Of a stretch of 64,000 bases of DNA, positions 54,214 through 62,668 are shown piece by piece (the stretch's first letter is position 1; each line of letters opens with the position of its first letter). Origin of the DNA: an uncultured Gammaproteobacteria bacterium (GTDB lineage: Bacteria > Patescibacteriota > Patescibacteriia > 2-12-FULL-60-25); NCBI GenBank assembly GCA_964596245.1, contig CAZQSK010000005.1:42-64041 (forward strand), read 5' to 3'. The position numbers were made by a program, and so were the translations under genes. Below the pieces are notes generated by a model. The model saw nothing but the letters and a program-made list of their open reading frames with translations. It was not told the DNA's origin and ran no database searches.

Positions 54214-54245
54214 AAAAATATCCGCTTGAGGCGGATATTTTTTTA
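54214..54245. terminator. bidirectional rho-independent terminator
   Basis: aaatatccgc-ttgag-gcggatattt with flanking A and T runs, between the VOC gene (+) and copA (-). Confidence 0.85.
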
Positions 54246-56390
54246 TTAGTCGGCTCTCTTGAGACTTCGCGAGATTCGGAGGCTGTTGGCCAGTACGCTG
54301 ACGCTTGAGAGTGCCATGGCTCCTCCGGCAAAGATGGGATTGAGCGCGCCGACCATCGCAAGGGGAATGAGAACGATATTGTAGAAGAAGGCCCAGAAAA
54401 GATTTTGTTTGATGGTCGAGAATGTTTTGCTCGCAAGGGTCAGGGCTTCCACAGCTTTGAGCGGAGAGCCGCCCATGAGCACGATTTGTCCGCTCGCGAT
54501 GGCCACGTCGGTGCCCGTGCCAATAGCGATGCCAAGATTTGATTGGGCGAGAGCTGGCGCATCATTCAATCCATCTCCGACAAAAGCCACCTTACTACCT
54601 TCTGCTTGTAGGCGCTTAATCTCGTCCGCTTTTCCGCTTGGCGAAATTTCCGCCAACACATGTTCGATGTTCAGTTCTTTTCCGATCGCTTTTGCCGTCG
54701 CTTCGTGATCACCCGTAATGAGCGCAACCTTGATGCCGCGGCTCCGAAGGAGGGTGACAGCCTCCTTTGCCTCGGGTTTCGCGCGGTCCTTGGTTGCGAT
54801 GGCGCCCAGATATGAACCATCCTTTGCGAGCAGGATGACGGTTTTGGCGGCTTTGCGTAGCGCTTGAATTTTCTTATTATCTTCGGCGGAGATCGCGATG
54901 GATTCCTCGACTAAGAACGCTTCGGTTCCCAAGAGGACGGGCTGGCCATCGAAGCGGCCCTGTATCCCTTTTCCCGGAATCGCCTCAAATCCTTCAATCC
55001 TACCCGTTGGCGCATGGGCTTCGGTTGCAGCCGCGAGCACCGCGCTTGCAAGCGGATGTTCCGACGTTGACTCGAGTCCAGCGGCAATGGTCAGTATCGT
55101 TTGCTCGTCGATTCCCTCTGTGGGGGAGATGTCGGTCACGGTCGGGCGACCTTCCGTAAGCGTTCCTGTCTTATCAAAGACAACCATATCGATGTTTCTC
55201 GCGGCTTCGAGAGCTGAACCGTCTTTTACGAGAATGCCGCGCTTCGCACCTGCACCCGTTCCGACCATGATGGCGGCCGGTGTCGCAAGCCCCATGGCGC
55301 ACGGGCAGGCGACGATAAGCACGGCGACTGCATGCCGAATCGCTTCACCTATGCTTGCTCCGAGGAGAAGCCATACGATAAGCGCAGCAATGGCGAGCAG
55401 GATCACCACGGGGACAAACACCGATGAAATACGGTCCACGAGTTTTTCGACCGGCGATTTGGTCGCGAGCGCATGACTCACGGTCGCAACGATTGCGTCC
55501 AGCGCCGAAGCGCCCGGCTCGACCGTCACTTCCATCGTAAATGTTCCCGTTTTATTGATCGTGGCTCCAAACACATTCGCGCCCGTCTCTTTTTCCACCG
55601 GTACCGGTTCGCCCGTGAGCATCGACTCATCGACGGACGAATGTCCCTCGACCACAGTCCCATCGGTTGGAATCCGCTCGCCGCTTTTCACCAAGCAGCG
55701 ATCTCCCGGTCGCAGGGTTGCCGGGTCCACATCTTCGGTTTCGCCGTTCGCGTTAATGCGATGGGCGAGTTTGGGATGAAGAGTCAGAAGCGCTTCAATA
55801 GCCGCGCCAGCGATGGCGCGTTGTCTCGCTTCAAGCCATTTTCCAAGCAGGAGAAAGAAAATGATAATGCCGGATACTTCGAAATAGACATCGCCGGTGC
55901 CGGTGACAAGGGCGTAGGTGCTCCAGAGTAGGGCCGAGCCCGTACCGACCGTGACCAGCGTATCCATTCCAACGCGGCCATGAGTCAGTTCATTCCATGT
56001 GCCGGCATGGAACTTTCGTCCGAAGTAAGCGACGAGGACCCAGGTAAGGACGGCGATCACGCGAAGATCAAGCTCGATGAACATCGTGATGAGAAGCGGG
56101 AGCACCAGAAGACCCGAAATAATAAGACCTGTGGTCGTCGTATAACCGACGTGTGCGAGATGGCTCTCATGATTTGTCCCATGCTCTCCTGCCACGTGAT
56201 AACCCGTATCTGTTACGGCCTTCACGAGCGGCGCATGTCCCAAATGCTCCTCGTGCGTGATGGTTGCGCGTTCGGTCGCGTAATTTACGTTCGCATCTTT
56301 AACGCCCGACACTTTTTTGAGCGACGTTTCGATCGTATTCGCACACGACGCGCAATGCATCCCGACAATCTTCAGTTGGGTGGTTTTCAT
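54246..56390 (-). CDS. copA: copper-translocating P1B-type ATPase
   Basis: N-terminal HMA domain '[12 protein letters not shown]', TM 'CPC' motif ('[11 protein letters not shown]'), 'DKTGTLT' and '[10 protein letters not shown]'. Confidence 0.96.
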   Translation of the reverse strand: MKTTQLKIVGMHCASCANTIETSLKKVSGVKDANVNYATERATITHEEHLGHAPLVKAVTDTGYHVAGEHGTNHESHLAHVGYTTTTGLIISGLLVLPLLITMFIELDLRVIAVLTWVLVAYFGRKFHAGTWNELTHGRVGMDTLVTVGTGSALLWSTYALVTGTGDVYFEVSGIIIFFLLLGKWLEARQRAIAGAAIEALLTLHPKLAHRINANGETEDVDPATLRPGDRCLVKSGERIPTDGTVVEGHSSVDESMLTGEPVPVEKETGANVFGATINKTGTFTMEVTVEPGASALDAIVATVSHALATKSPVEKLVDRISSVFVPVVILLAIAALIVWLLLGASIGEAIRHAVAVLIVACPCAMGLATPAAIMVGTGAGAKRGILVKDGSALEAARNIDMVVFDKTGTLTEGRPTVTDISPTEGIDEQTILTIAAGLESTSEHPLASAVLAAATEAHAPTGRIEGFEAIPGKGIQGRFDGQPVLLGTEAFLVEESIAISAEDNKKIQALRKAAKTVILLAKDGSYLGAIATKDRAKPEAKEAVTLLRSRGIKVALITGDHEATAKAIGKELNIEHVLAEISPSGKADEIKRLQAEGSKVAFVGDGLNDAPALAQSNLGIAIGTGTDVAIASGQIVLMGGSPLKAVEALTLASKTFSTIKQNLFWAFFYNIVLIPLAMVGALNPIFAGGAMALSSVSVLANSLRISRSLKRAD

Positions 56391-56391
56391 A

Positions 56392-57480
56392 TTATTCGAC
56401 GACGGTGAATGAGCCGCGAATCATTCCCATGCCGCAGGAGAACGGGATTTCGCCGGCTGATTTGGGTGTGAAACGGATTACATTTGTTCCAGGGGAGAGT
56501 TGGCGGCTGATCCCAAGTCGCGGGGAGATAAGGGTGGAGGCGCAGCCGGACACGTCTTTTCCTTCTACGGCCCAATAGACGGGGACATTCCGTTTAAGCA
56601 CAAAACGTCTCGGCATAAAGGCACCGTACTCGACCGTCATTTGTATGACTTGCTCTTCTGCTTGAGCGGGTTTGATCATCAGACCTTGTGCAAGTACACG
56701 CTCGATCGATCCGGTGATGGTGATTGGGGAACCGAGAACGGTAAGGCCGCCATCAAGTTGGCCAATCGCGAAGAGGATGAGGGCGGCTCCGGTTCCAAGT
56801 TGGAGAAAGCGTGTTTTTGAAGCGAGGTGAGAGCCGAACAGTGAGAGGCCTAAAAGGGTCGGGAGCGTTCCAAGGGCAAAGATGAGCATAAAGCCAGCTC
56901 CGGTCCATGCCGATCCTGTTGCCAGGGCAAGAGCCTGCGCGGCTTGGGTAAAGCCGCAGGGGAGGATGAACGTTGCAGCTCCAAGGAGCCAAGGCGTGGT
57001 TGGATTCGAGGTCTTAAACGGAAGTCGAAACGTGGATGTGAAGCGCGCGGGAATGAGGTCAAGCAAACTGGCGCCTACGATCAGAAAACCAACACCGAGA
57101 ATAAGGCCAAGCCAGCCATAGACGGAAGAAGACGCAGAGATAATCTGTCCGAAATAACCGAGCAAGGCTCCGCCAAGAGCGAAGGCGAGGAGGCGACTGA
57201 CGTGAATCGAGATCAGCGAGGCGTATGAGGTGTTTTTTGCCCCATGCGCGAGAAGAAAAGCACCCGTTGAACCGAGGCAGGTGGAAAAAGAAGCGACGAT
57301 GCCAAGAACGAACAAGGCCGCATATGACGGGGCAATGGTTGCCCCAGGGACAATGGCTGAAAACTTCGGCCAAACAAACGCACCGAGTATGGCGACGGCG
57401 ACGAATGCGAGAACGGCATTGAGCAGTCTCGTTTTGAGTGGGCGTCGCGTTTCGGGAACGCAGCAAGCAGGAGTATCCAT
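56392..57480 (-). CDS. TauE/SafE (DsbD_2)-like membrane protein fused to a C-terminal cupredoxin-like domain
   Basis: Multi-TM N-terminal part. C-terminal '[30 protein letters not shown]...[14 protein letters not shown]' resembles the cupredoxin_1 domain often found next to copA. Confidence 0.65.
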   Translation of the reverse strand: MDTPACCVPETRRPLKTRLLNAVLAFVAVAILGAFVWPKFSAIVPGATIAPSYAALFVLGIVASFSTCLGSTGAFLLAHGAKNTSYASLISIHVSRLLAFALGGALLGYFGQIISASSSVYGWLGLILGVGFLIVGASLLDLIPARFTSTFRLPFKTSNPTTPWLLGAATFILPCGFTQAAQALALATGSAWTGAGFMLIFALGTLPTLLGLSLFGSHLASKTRFLQLGTGAALILFAIGQLDGGLTVLGSPITITGSIERVLAQGLMIKPAQAEEQVIQMTVEYGAFMPRRFVLKRNVPVYWAVEGKDVSGCASTLISPRLGISRQLSPGTNVIRFTPKSAGEIPFSCGMGMIRGSFTVVE

Positions 57481-57481
57481 A

Positions 57482-57751
57482 TTATGATCGTTGGGAGAGT
57501 TGCATGACCTTTTCCACTTCGGCTAAGACGCGTTCACGCTCCTGCGCCGAACCTTTACGCATCCCTTCCGCAAAACAGGAGCGCAGATGGTTTGAGAAGA
57601 TGTCCAGGATGAGGCGTTTTACAAGCCCTTGAACCGCGAGGACTTGCTGAAGGATTGAAATACAATATTCTCCGCGCTCAAGCATTTCAATGACCTTGTC
57701 GAGATGTGAGCGTGCCTTGCGGGCAAGCGAAAGGGGAGTCGAGGCCGGCAT
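57482..57751 (-). CDS. csoR: CsoR/RcnR-family metal-sensing transcriptional repressor
   Basis: 89 aa. Contains 'HLDKVIEMLERGEYCISILQQVLAVQGLVKRL....H..C' (Cys-His-Cys ligand pattern). Confidence 0.85.
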   Translation of the reverse strand: MPASTPLSLARKARSHLDKVIEMLERGEYCISILQQVLAVQGLVKRLILDIFSNHLRSCFAEGMRKGSAQERERVLAEVEKVMQLSQRS

Positions 57752-57752
57752 A

Positions 57753-58367
57753 TTAGTGCATCATCATGCCCGAGCCGCCGCCGTATCCGTCGCGCAACCA
57801 GCTCAGCATGATGCTGATCTCTTCGGTTTGCACGCGGATCACGTCTTGGGCGAAGTTCGTGAGTTCGGCGCGCTTCGTAAAGCCAAGAGCCTGGCGTGCC
57901 ATTTCGACCGCACCCATGTGATGCATGACCATGCCGTGTAGGTAGGTTGCGACCGCGCGCTCTTCGCTCAAGCCTTGGAGATTCGGCATCATGGGCTGGT
58001 AGCGGCCATCATCACGGTATTCGGTTCCAAACCAATCACGATGCCAGCTTTTCATTTGTTCGATTTCCTTGGTCTGTGCATTGATGATGCCCTGCAAAAA
58101 TCCCTGAATATCCGGATCACTCGTGCGCGAGAGAACGTAGCGCGACGTATCTACCGCTTCCTGATGATGCGGAATCATGGCCATGATGAACTCGGCATCC
58201 GTTTTGACGACCGGGTGGGCCATCATCATGCTTCCTCCTCCCGCGTGCATCATGCCGACCGTTCCTGGGCTCATGGTAAAAGGCCGAATCGGCAAGACAT
58301 AGGTTCCAAGAATCCAACCCAAGAAAAAAGTGGCAACGGCGATCAACGCGATATAGGGAGGTTTCAT
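57753..58367 (-). CDS. DUF305 family protein (signal-anchored)
   Basis: Two 'HH..A(V)' repeats ('MIPHHQEAVDTS' and 'MVMHHMGAVEMA') and an N-terminal TM helix. Confidence 0.8.
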   Translation of the reverse strand: MKPPYIALIAVATFFLGWILGTYVLPIRPFTMSPGTVGMMHAGGGSMMMAHPVVKTDAEFIMAMIPHHQEAVDTSRYVLSRTSDPDIQGFLQGIINAQTKEIEQMKSWHRDWFGTEYRDDGRYQPMMPNLQGLSEERAVATYLHGMVMHHMGAVEMARQALGFTKRAELTNFAQDVIRVQTEEISIMLSWLRDGYGGGSGMMMH

Positions 58368-58376
58368 ATGAAGAAT

Positions 58377-58406
58377 ATTCTATACCTACCCCCCAGGTAT
58401 AGGCAA
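58377..58406 (-). promoter_or_regulatory. copper-operon promoter TTGCCT-18-TAGAAT with a CsoR-type operator filling the spacer; near-leaderless
   Basis: Operator TATACCT-ACCCCCC-AGGTATA at 58381-58401 (a perfect 7-bp inverted repeat around a C-run). -35 at 58406-58401 and -10 at 58382-58377. ATG 58367 lies 9 nt after the -10. Confidence 0.6.
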
Positions 58407-58422
58407 ATGCATTTTACGATAT

Positions 58423-58450
58423 ATAAAAACCCTCGCATACGCGAAGGTTT
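58423..58450 (-). terminator. rho-independent terminator after tRNA-Ala
   Basis: Minus strand reads aaccttcgc-gtat-gcgagggtt plus a U-rich tail. The single mismatch on the plus strand becomes a G-U wobble on the minus strand. Confidence 0.7.
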
Positions 58451-58454
58451 TTAC

Positions 58455-58531
58455 ATGGTGGACCGTGTCGGATTTGAACCGACGACCCCTGCCTTGCAAA
58501 GGCAGTGCTCTAGCCAGCTGAGCTAACGGCC
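58455..58531 (-). tRNA. tRNA-Ala (anticodon UGC), CCA encoded
   Basis: Reverse complement is GGGCCGT..GCTC-AGCTGGCTA-GAGC..CTGCC-TTTGCAA-GGCAG..GTCGG-TTCAAAT-CCGAC-ACGGTCC-A-CCA. The G3:U70 identity pair is present. Confidence 0.92.
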
Positions 58532-58547
58532 CTTATTTCCGTGCGCG

Positions 58548-58576
58548 CAATCTAGCAGAAGCCGCGACCCTTTACA
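58548..58576 (-). promoter_or_regulatory. promoter TTGTAA-17-TAGATT for tRNA-Ala
   Basis: Minus strand reads TTGTAA (58576-58571), a 17-nt spacer, then TAGATT (58553-58548), ~17 nt upstream of the mature tRNA 5' end. Confidence 0.5.
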
Positions 58577-58640
58577 AATGGGCCTTTTTCCGATACATCA
58601 TGTCGACCCACGGCATTCGTGGAGAAAGGGAGAAAGACAT

Positions 58641-59096
58641 ATGGGTTTCGCCGGTTCTTTTGGTCGCAGGCTCAGTGACCTCGGAGCGCCAGAGGAGGAT
58701 CGACGCATCCTCGCGGTCCCGACCGAGCCCAACCCCGTGCGGTTGTGGCGCGTGCTCGCGGGCACGGTGATGCTGCTCTGGTCGACGCGCATGAATCCGC
58801 GCGCCACCTTCTACTTCGATCTCGAGGAGTCGTTCGGGAACGAGTACCGTCCCAAGGACGGGTTCCGCCTCGCCATCAAGCGGGGCGAGCGCACGCTTCA
58901 GCTCAAGATCGACTGGAGCATGGTCTGGGTGTCGAAGAACATCCTCTACGTCCGCACCGAGCTCCACCCGGACCTCATCGCCCTGTGCGAGAGCGGATCG
59001 ATCGAGGAGCTCATCGTCGAGATGCGCACCACGACCAAGGCCAGCCGGCCCAAGACCTTCCGCGTCACCGCGGCCAAGCACGAGAGCTCGTTCTGA
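58641..59096 (+). CDS. hypothetical protein (151 aa), GC-rich ORFan
   Basis: 'GGAGAAAGGGAGAAAG' lies 4 nt upstream of ATG 58641. GC3 is very high by hand codon reading. 'MGFAGSFGRRLSDLGAPEEDRRILAV...'. The track ORF starts at 58578. Confidence 0.7.
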   Translation: MGFAGSFGRRLSDLGAPEEDRRILAVPTEPNPVRLWRVLAGTVMLLWSTRMNPRATFYFDLEESFGNEYRPKDGFRLAIKRGERTLQLKIDWSMVWVSKNILYVRTELHPDLIALCESGSIEELIVEMRTTTKASRPKTFRVTAAKHESSF

Positions 59097-59602
59097 TGCG
59101 TCGCGGAAGACCGATGAGTCTCAGGCCGCGTCAGCGATCGGTGCTCGCGCGCACGCGTTGGGAGTTCCCGATCCTCGAAGCGAAGAAGATCGCCGAAGAG
59201 GTGAAGGGGACATGTCGCGTGATCGTCATCAAGCAGCGCTGGGAAGTCTGGGTCTCGATCCAGCTCAAGCGCTCGATGAAGGATCGCGACATCGAGCTGG
59301 AGCTCGAGCAGCTCCGCGCCGCACTGTGGTTCGGCTACGAGGATGAGTCGGCGGACAAGGGGTGGACGATGAATCGTCTCAACATCACCGAGTCCACGCT
59401 GACCATCCAGGCCGACTACCGCGACGGCGATCTCAAGCGCCTGCGCGAACCGCGCACCAAGCTGCGCATCGCCCCGCGTCCCGGAAAGGGAGAGCCGCTC
59501 GCAGGAGCGCTCCTCATGCTCGAGGATGCCGCCGACGTCTACGATCCGTCCCATCCGCGCGTGCGGCGCGACAAGGGTCACGAAGACGACATCCCGTTCT
59601 GA
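59096..59602 (+). CDS. hypothetical protein (168 aa), GC-rich ORFan, start overlaps upstream stop
   Basis: The TGATG junction means stop 59094-59096 and ATG 59096-59098 share one nt. 'MRRGRPMSLRPRQRSVLARTRWEFPILEAKK...'. The track lists the same frame from 58745. Confidence 0.65.
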   Translation: MRRGRPMSLRPRQRSVLARTRWEFPILEAKKIAEEVKGTCRVIVIKQRWEVWVSIQLKRSMKDRDIELELEQLRAALWFGYEDESADKGWTMNRLNITESTLTIQADYRDGDLKRLREPRTKLRIAPRPGKGEPLAGALLMLEDAADVYDPSHPRVRRDKGHEDDIPF

Positions 59603-59646
59603 CCACGTAAAATCCCGCTTGCGCGGGATCACGTGGTCTTTTTTTA
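59601..59646 (+). terminator. long two-tier hairpin + T-run terminator
   Basis: Outer stem gaccacgt/acgtggtc and inner stem atcccgc-ttgc-gcgggat (59601-59638), then ttttttt. Confidence 0.85.
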
Positions 59647-60627
59647 TTTTGCTGGAGTGAGAGCTGGCTTACCCGAAAGCACTGCGATAATATTATCAGC
59701 CGCAAGTTTAGACATGGCTTGGCGTGCTTCGATGGTGGCGCTGGCCGTGTGCGGCGTCAGGATCACATTCGAAAAGGCTTTCAATTCCAATTTGTCGGAG
59801 AGATCGCAGTCGATTTCCGGTTCGCACTCAAAAACGTCGAGTGCGGCACCCGCGATGCGCTTGGTCGCAAGGGCGCGAAGCAAGGCTTTTTCATCCACGA
59901 TCGGTCCACGCGCCGTATTAATGAGGAAGGCCGATTTTTTCATGAGCGAGAATTCAGCCGTAGAAATCAAGTGACGGGTAGAAGGCAAAAGCGGCACATG
60001 CAAGCTGACGAAATCGGACATTTGGAGAAGCTTTTCCATTGAAACAAACTTCGCGCCGTATTCGCGCTCGAAATCCGGATTGCGTTTGATGTCGCTGTAC
60101 ACGCATTTCATTTTGAATCCCTTCACGGCTCGGTCAGCGACGGCGGCACCGATACGTCCGCCGCCAATCAGGCCGAGTGTTTTACCGTACACATCCACTC
60201 CGAGCAGAAGTTGTGGGCCCCAGCCCTTATATTTCTTCGCGCGCGCATATCCATCGGATTCAACGATGCGATGGGCAAGCGCCATCAGCAAAGCAAAGGT
60301 GTGTTCGGCGACGGTTTCGGACACTTCCGGAGCGGGTGTATTGGTCACGGGAATATTTCGCTTCTTCGCAGCAGCCAAATCCACATTATCGAAACCCACG
60401 GCATAATTTGCCACGATCTTGAGTTGCGGTCCGGCGGCTGCAAAAAACGCTTCATCAATCTTGTCAGTCAAAAGCGAGAGCACGGCGTCTTTCCCTTTTG
60501 CGCGCTTCAATAGCTCCTTGCGTGGCATCACTTGGTCCTGGTCATAGATATCCAGGTCGTATTTCTTTGCTTTTAGGGCCAAAATTCCGGCGTCAGGTAA
60601 TGGGCGCGTAATCAAAATGCTGGGCAT
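59644..60627 (-). CDS. D-isomer-specific 2-hydroxyacid dehydrogenase (glyoxylate/hydroxypyruvate reductase-like)
   Basis: NAD-binding 'GLIGGGRIGAAVADRA' and catalytic region 'LINTARGPIVDE...TPHTASAT'. Confidence 0.88.
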   Translation of the reverse strand: MPSILITRPLPDAGILALKAKKYDLDIYDQDQVMPRKELLKRAKGKDAVLSLLTDKIDEAFFAAAGPQLKIVANYAVGFDNVDLAAAKKRNIPVTNTPAPEVSETVAEHTFALLMALAHRIVESDGYARAKKYKGWGPQLLLGVDVYGKTLGLIGGGRIGAAVADRAVKGFKMKCVYSDIKRNPDFEREYGAKFVSMEKLLQMSDFVSLHVPLLPSTRHLISTAEFSLMKKSAFLINTARGPIVDEKALLRALATKRIAGAALDVFECEPEIDCDLSDKLELKAFSNVILTPHTASATIEARQAMSKLAADNIIAVLSGKPALTPAK

Positions 60628-60642
60628 ATGCCACAGAGCTTA

Positions 60643-61575
60643 TCACTTCTTCAAGATGCGCGCCGCTGCGAACTTTACGCCCGGTAAAATCGCATTCACG
60701 AGCATGAGTAGCATGATTTGTTTTGGAACGGCATTTGAGTCGCGGAAAAACTTATCCGCGACATATAAGGCGAGCGTGTTGTTCATGTACAGCATGCACA
60801 AAGCAACGGTGACGCGTTCGGGCGGCGTACGCCAAGGCGTGATGCGATAGGCGGCCCAGGTTAAGATGGCGAGCCAGGGGAGGGTAAAGGCCAGCACCGC
60901 CAGATCACGCCATGCAAGCGTGACGGGATTGCCGATCGAGGTCGAGGCGGTAATGCCGGTGATCAAGAAACCGAATGCAATAACGGATGCATTTCTCCAG
61001 AGCGCGTCATGTGCCGCGATGCGTTTGGGGATGCGAGCCTTGAGCACCATCGCCAACACAAACGGGATGACGATCGTAAGGAATAAAGACCAGAACATCT
61101 GCACCACCGGAATGGGGACGGCTTCTCCGAGCGCGATTTTGGTGACGAGCGGGATGGTGATCGGCGCGAGCAGGGACGTGATGCCGGTGATCACGAGTGC
61201 GAGCGACGTTTTTCCGCCAAAGAACTCCGCGACCAACGCAATGGTCATACCGGTCGGCATGGCGCCCATGATGAGCAGGGCCACGGCCCAGTCCGGCGCA
61301 AACGGTGCGATCGGGAGATAGAGCGCAAACGGCATCAAGATCAGCATGTACAATGCCGCGTTGCTCAGTAGGCGCCAATCACGGCTGTAATTCAGGATTT
61401 CATCCAATGAGAGACGTAGGCTTGAAAAGAAAAACACCAAGATCAGGAGCTGGGTTGTGTATTCGTTGATGGGAGCAAAGAAACGCGGAAACAAAAGTCC
61501 CAAAATGATACCGAGCAACACCGCCATGATTTGGTTGTCATGCAAAAAAGATTTCAAGCGAGCAACCAAAACCAT
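60643..61575 (-). CDS. bile acid:sodium symporter (BASS/SBF-like) family transporter
   Basis: 310 aa and ~9-10 TM helices. The overall pattern ('LLIMGAMPTGMTIALVAEFFGG') resembles SBF-like transporters, as I remember the family. Confidence 0.6.
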   Translation of the reverse strand: MVLVARLKSFLHDNQIMAVLLGIILGLLFPRFFAPINEYTTQLLILVFFFSSLRLSLDEILNYSRDWRLLSNAALYMLILMPFALYLPIAPFAPDWAVALLIMGAMPTGMTIALVAEFFGGKTSLALVITGITSLLAPITIPLVTKIALGEAVPIPVVQMFWSLFLTIVIPFVLAMVLKARIPKRIAAHDALWRNASVIAFGFLITGITASTSIGNPVTLAWRDLAVLAFTLPWLAILTWAAYRITPWRTPPERVTVALCMLYMNNTLALYVADKFFRDSNAVPKQIMLLMLVNAILPGVKFAAARILKK

Positions 61576-61576
61576 A

Positions 61577-62563
61577 TCAACGAATACTCACGCGCTTGAA
61601 ATCGTTTTTTTTCGGGAAGCGGGGGAGAATGCCTGCTTTGGCGCCCATATGCGTGATGACGCCGGTCGCATTGAGCATGGCGACCGCTAATGAGGCGTGT
61701 ACATCCTGTTTTGTCTTGATCCAAGCCGCGACAAAAGCGCTCCCGAATGCATCACCAGCGCCCGTCGTATTCACGAGTTTCTTTTTAAGCGAGTTTGCGC
61801 GGAGATTTTTACCAGCCACGCGCACGAGCGCGCCTTTGCTTCCCTCGGTGAGGAGAAAAGCGCCACGCGGTAAGTCGCCGATGGCCACCAATCCGCCCAA
61901 CAGATTCGCCTCTTCGGCATTCAAGCTGAGAATGTCCGTTTGCTCGATAAATGGTTTTAGTTTTTTCAACCCAAGCTCCAATTCGCGATTACCGGGATTC
62001 CACGCGATCTTGGTTTTGTTGCGAGCCGCATGAGAGAAGATATCTTTCAGCGCTTGGATATCTCCGCCAAGAGACGTGAGATAAATCCAATTGGCGACTT
62101 TCCCTCCGCTCAATTTCTTGGTCCAGTGATGCCAAGGGAAGGACGCGCTGTCTAACTTCGCTGATGCGCCTCGATGAGTGAAGATGGCGCGATGACCTGT
62201 GCCTGAAAGCAATATCACCGAGTACGCGGTTTTTTCTTTCTTATCGATTTGCATGAAGCGCGTATCGATTTTTTCTTTCTTCAAATCTGCTATGACTTGG
62301 CTCGCGGTTAAATCCTTGCCGATGCGGGAGAGACAGGCGGTTTTTAATCCAAATCGGGCAAAGGTTACGGCTGCATTCGTGGCGCCACCGCCCGAGGCAA
62401 AGGTCAGCTCATCAATGCCCATCTTGGCACCCATGGCGAAGCAGGCCGAAATGCCGTCGGGGGAGTTACTATCGTGATGCATTTCGAGCGCGGCTGAGCG
62501 CACAAAGACGTCCTGCGTAGCCGAACCAATGGTAAGAACGTCAAAACGTGGCATATTCGCCAA
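61577..62563 (-). CDS. PfkB-family carbohydrate kinase
   Basis: Contains 'GGGATNAAVTFARFG' and C-terminal 'NTTGAGDAFGSAFVA'. Confidence 0.88.
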   Translation of the reverse strand: MANMPRFDVLTIGSATQDVFVRSAALEMHHDSNSPDGISACFAMGAKMGIDELTFASGGGATNAAVTFARFGLKTACLSRIGKDLTASQVIADLKKEKIDTRFMQIDKKEKTAYSVILLSGTGHRAIFTHRGASAKLDSASFPWHHWTKKLSGGKVANWIYLTSLGGDIQALKDIFSHAARNKTKIAWNPGNRELELGLKKLKPFIEQTDILSLNAEEANLLGGLVAIGDLPRGAFLLTEGSKGALVRVAGKNLRANSLKKKLVNTTGAGDAFGSAFVAAWIKTKQDVHASLAVAMLNATGVITHMGAKAGILPRFPKKNDFKRVSIR

Positions 62564-62668
62564 ATATCATACCACGCGGGTACACCCGGAGCTTGTCGAA
62601 GGGTTGACTTTTTCGCTGAAATGTGGTTGATTTCGACCAGGTCGGAAGGTCCGACCGAGGAGGACACC

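Noticed and set aside
62630-62660. SRP-RNA-like string 'accaggtcggaaggtccgacc'
   Set aside because: It superficially resembles the 4.5S domain IV sequence. However, it is only a 6-bp hairpin with a 5-nt loop in the 5' UTR of the 62669 gene, and the flanking conserved helices are missing.
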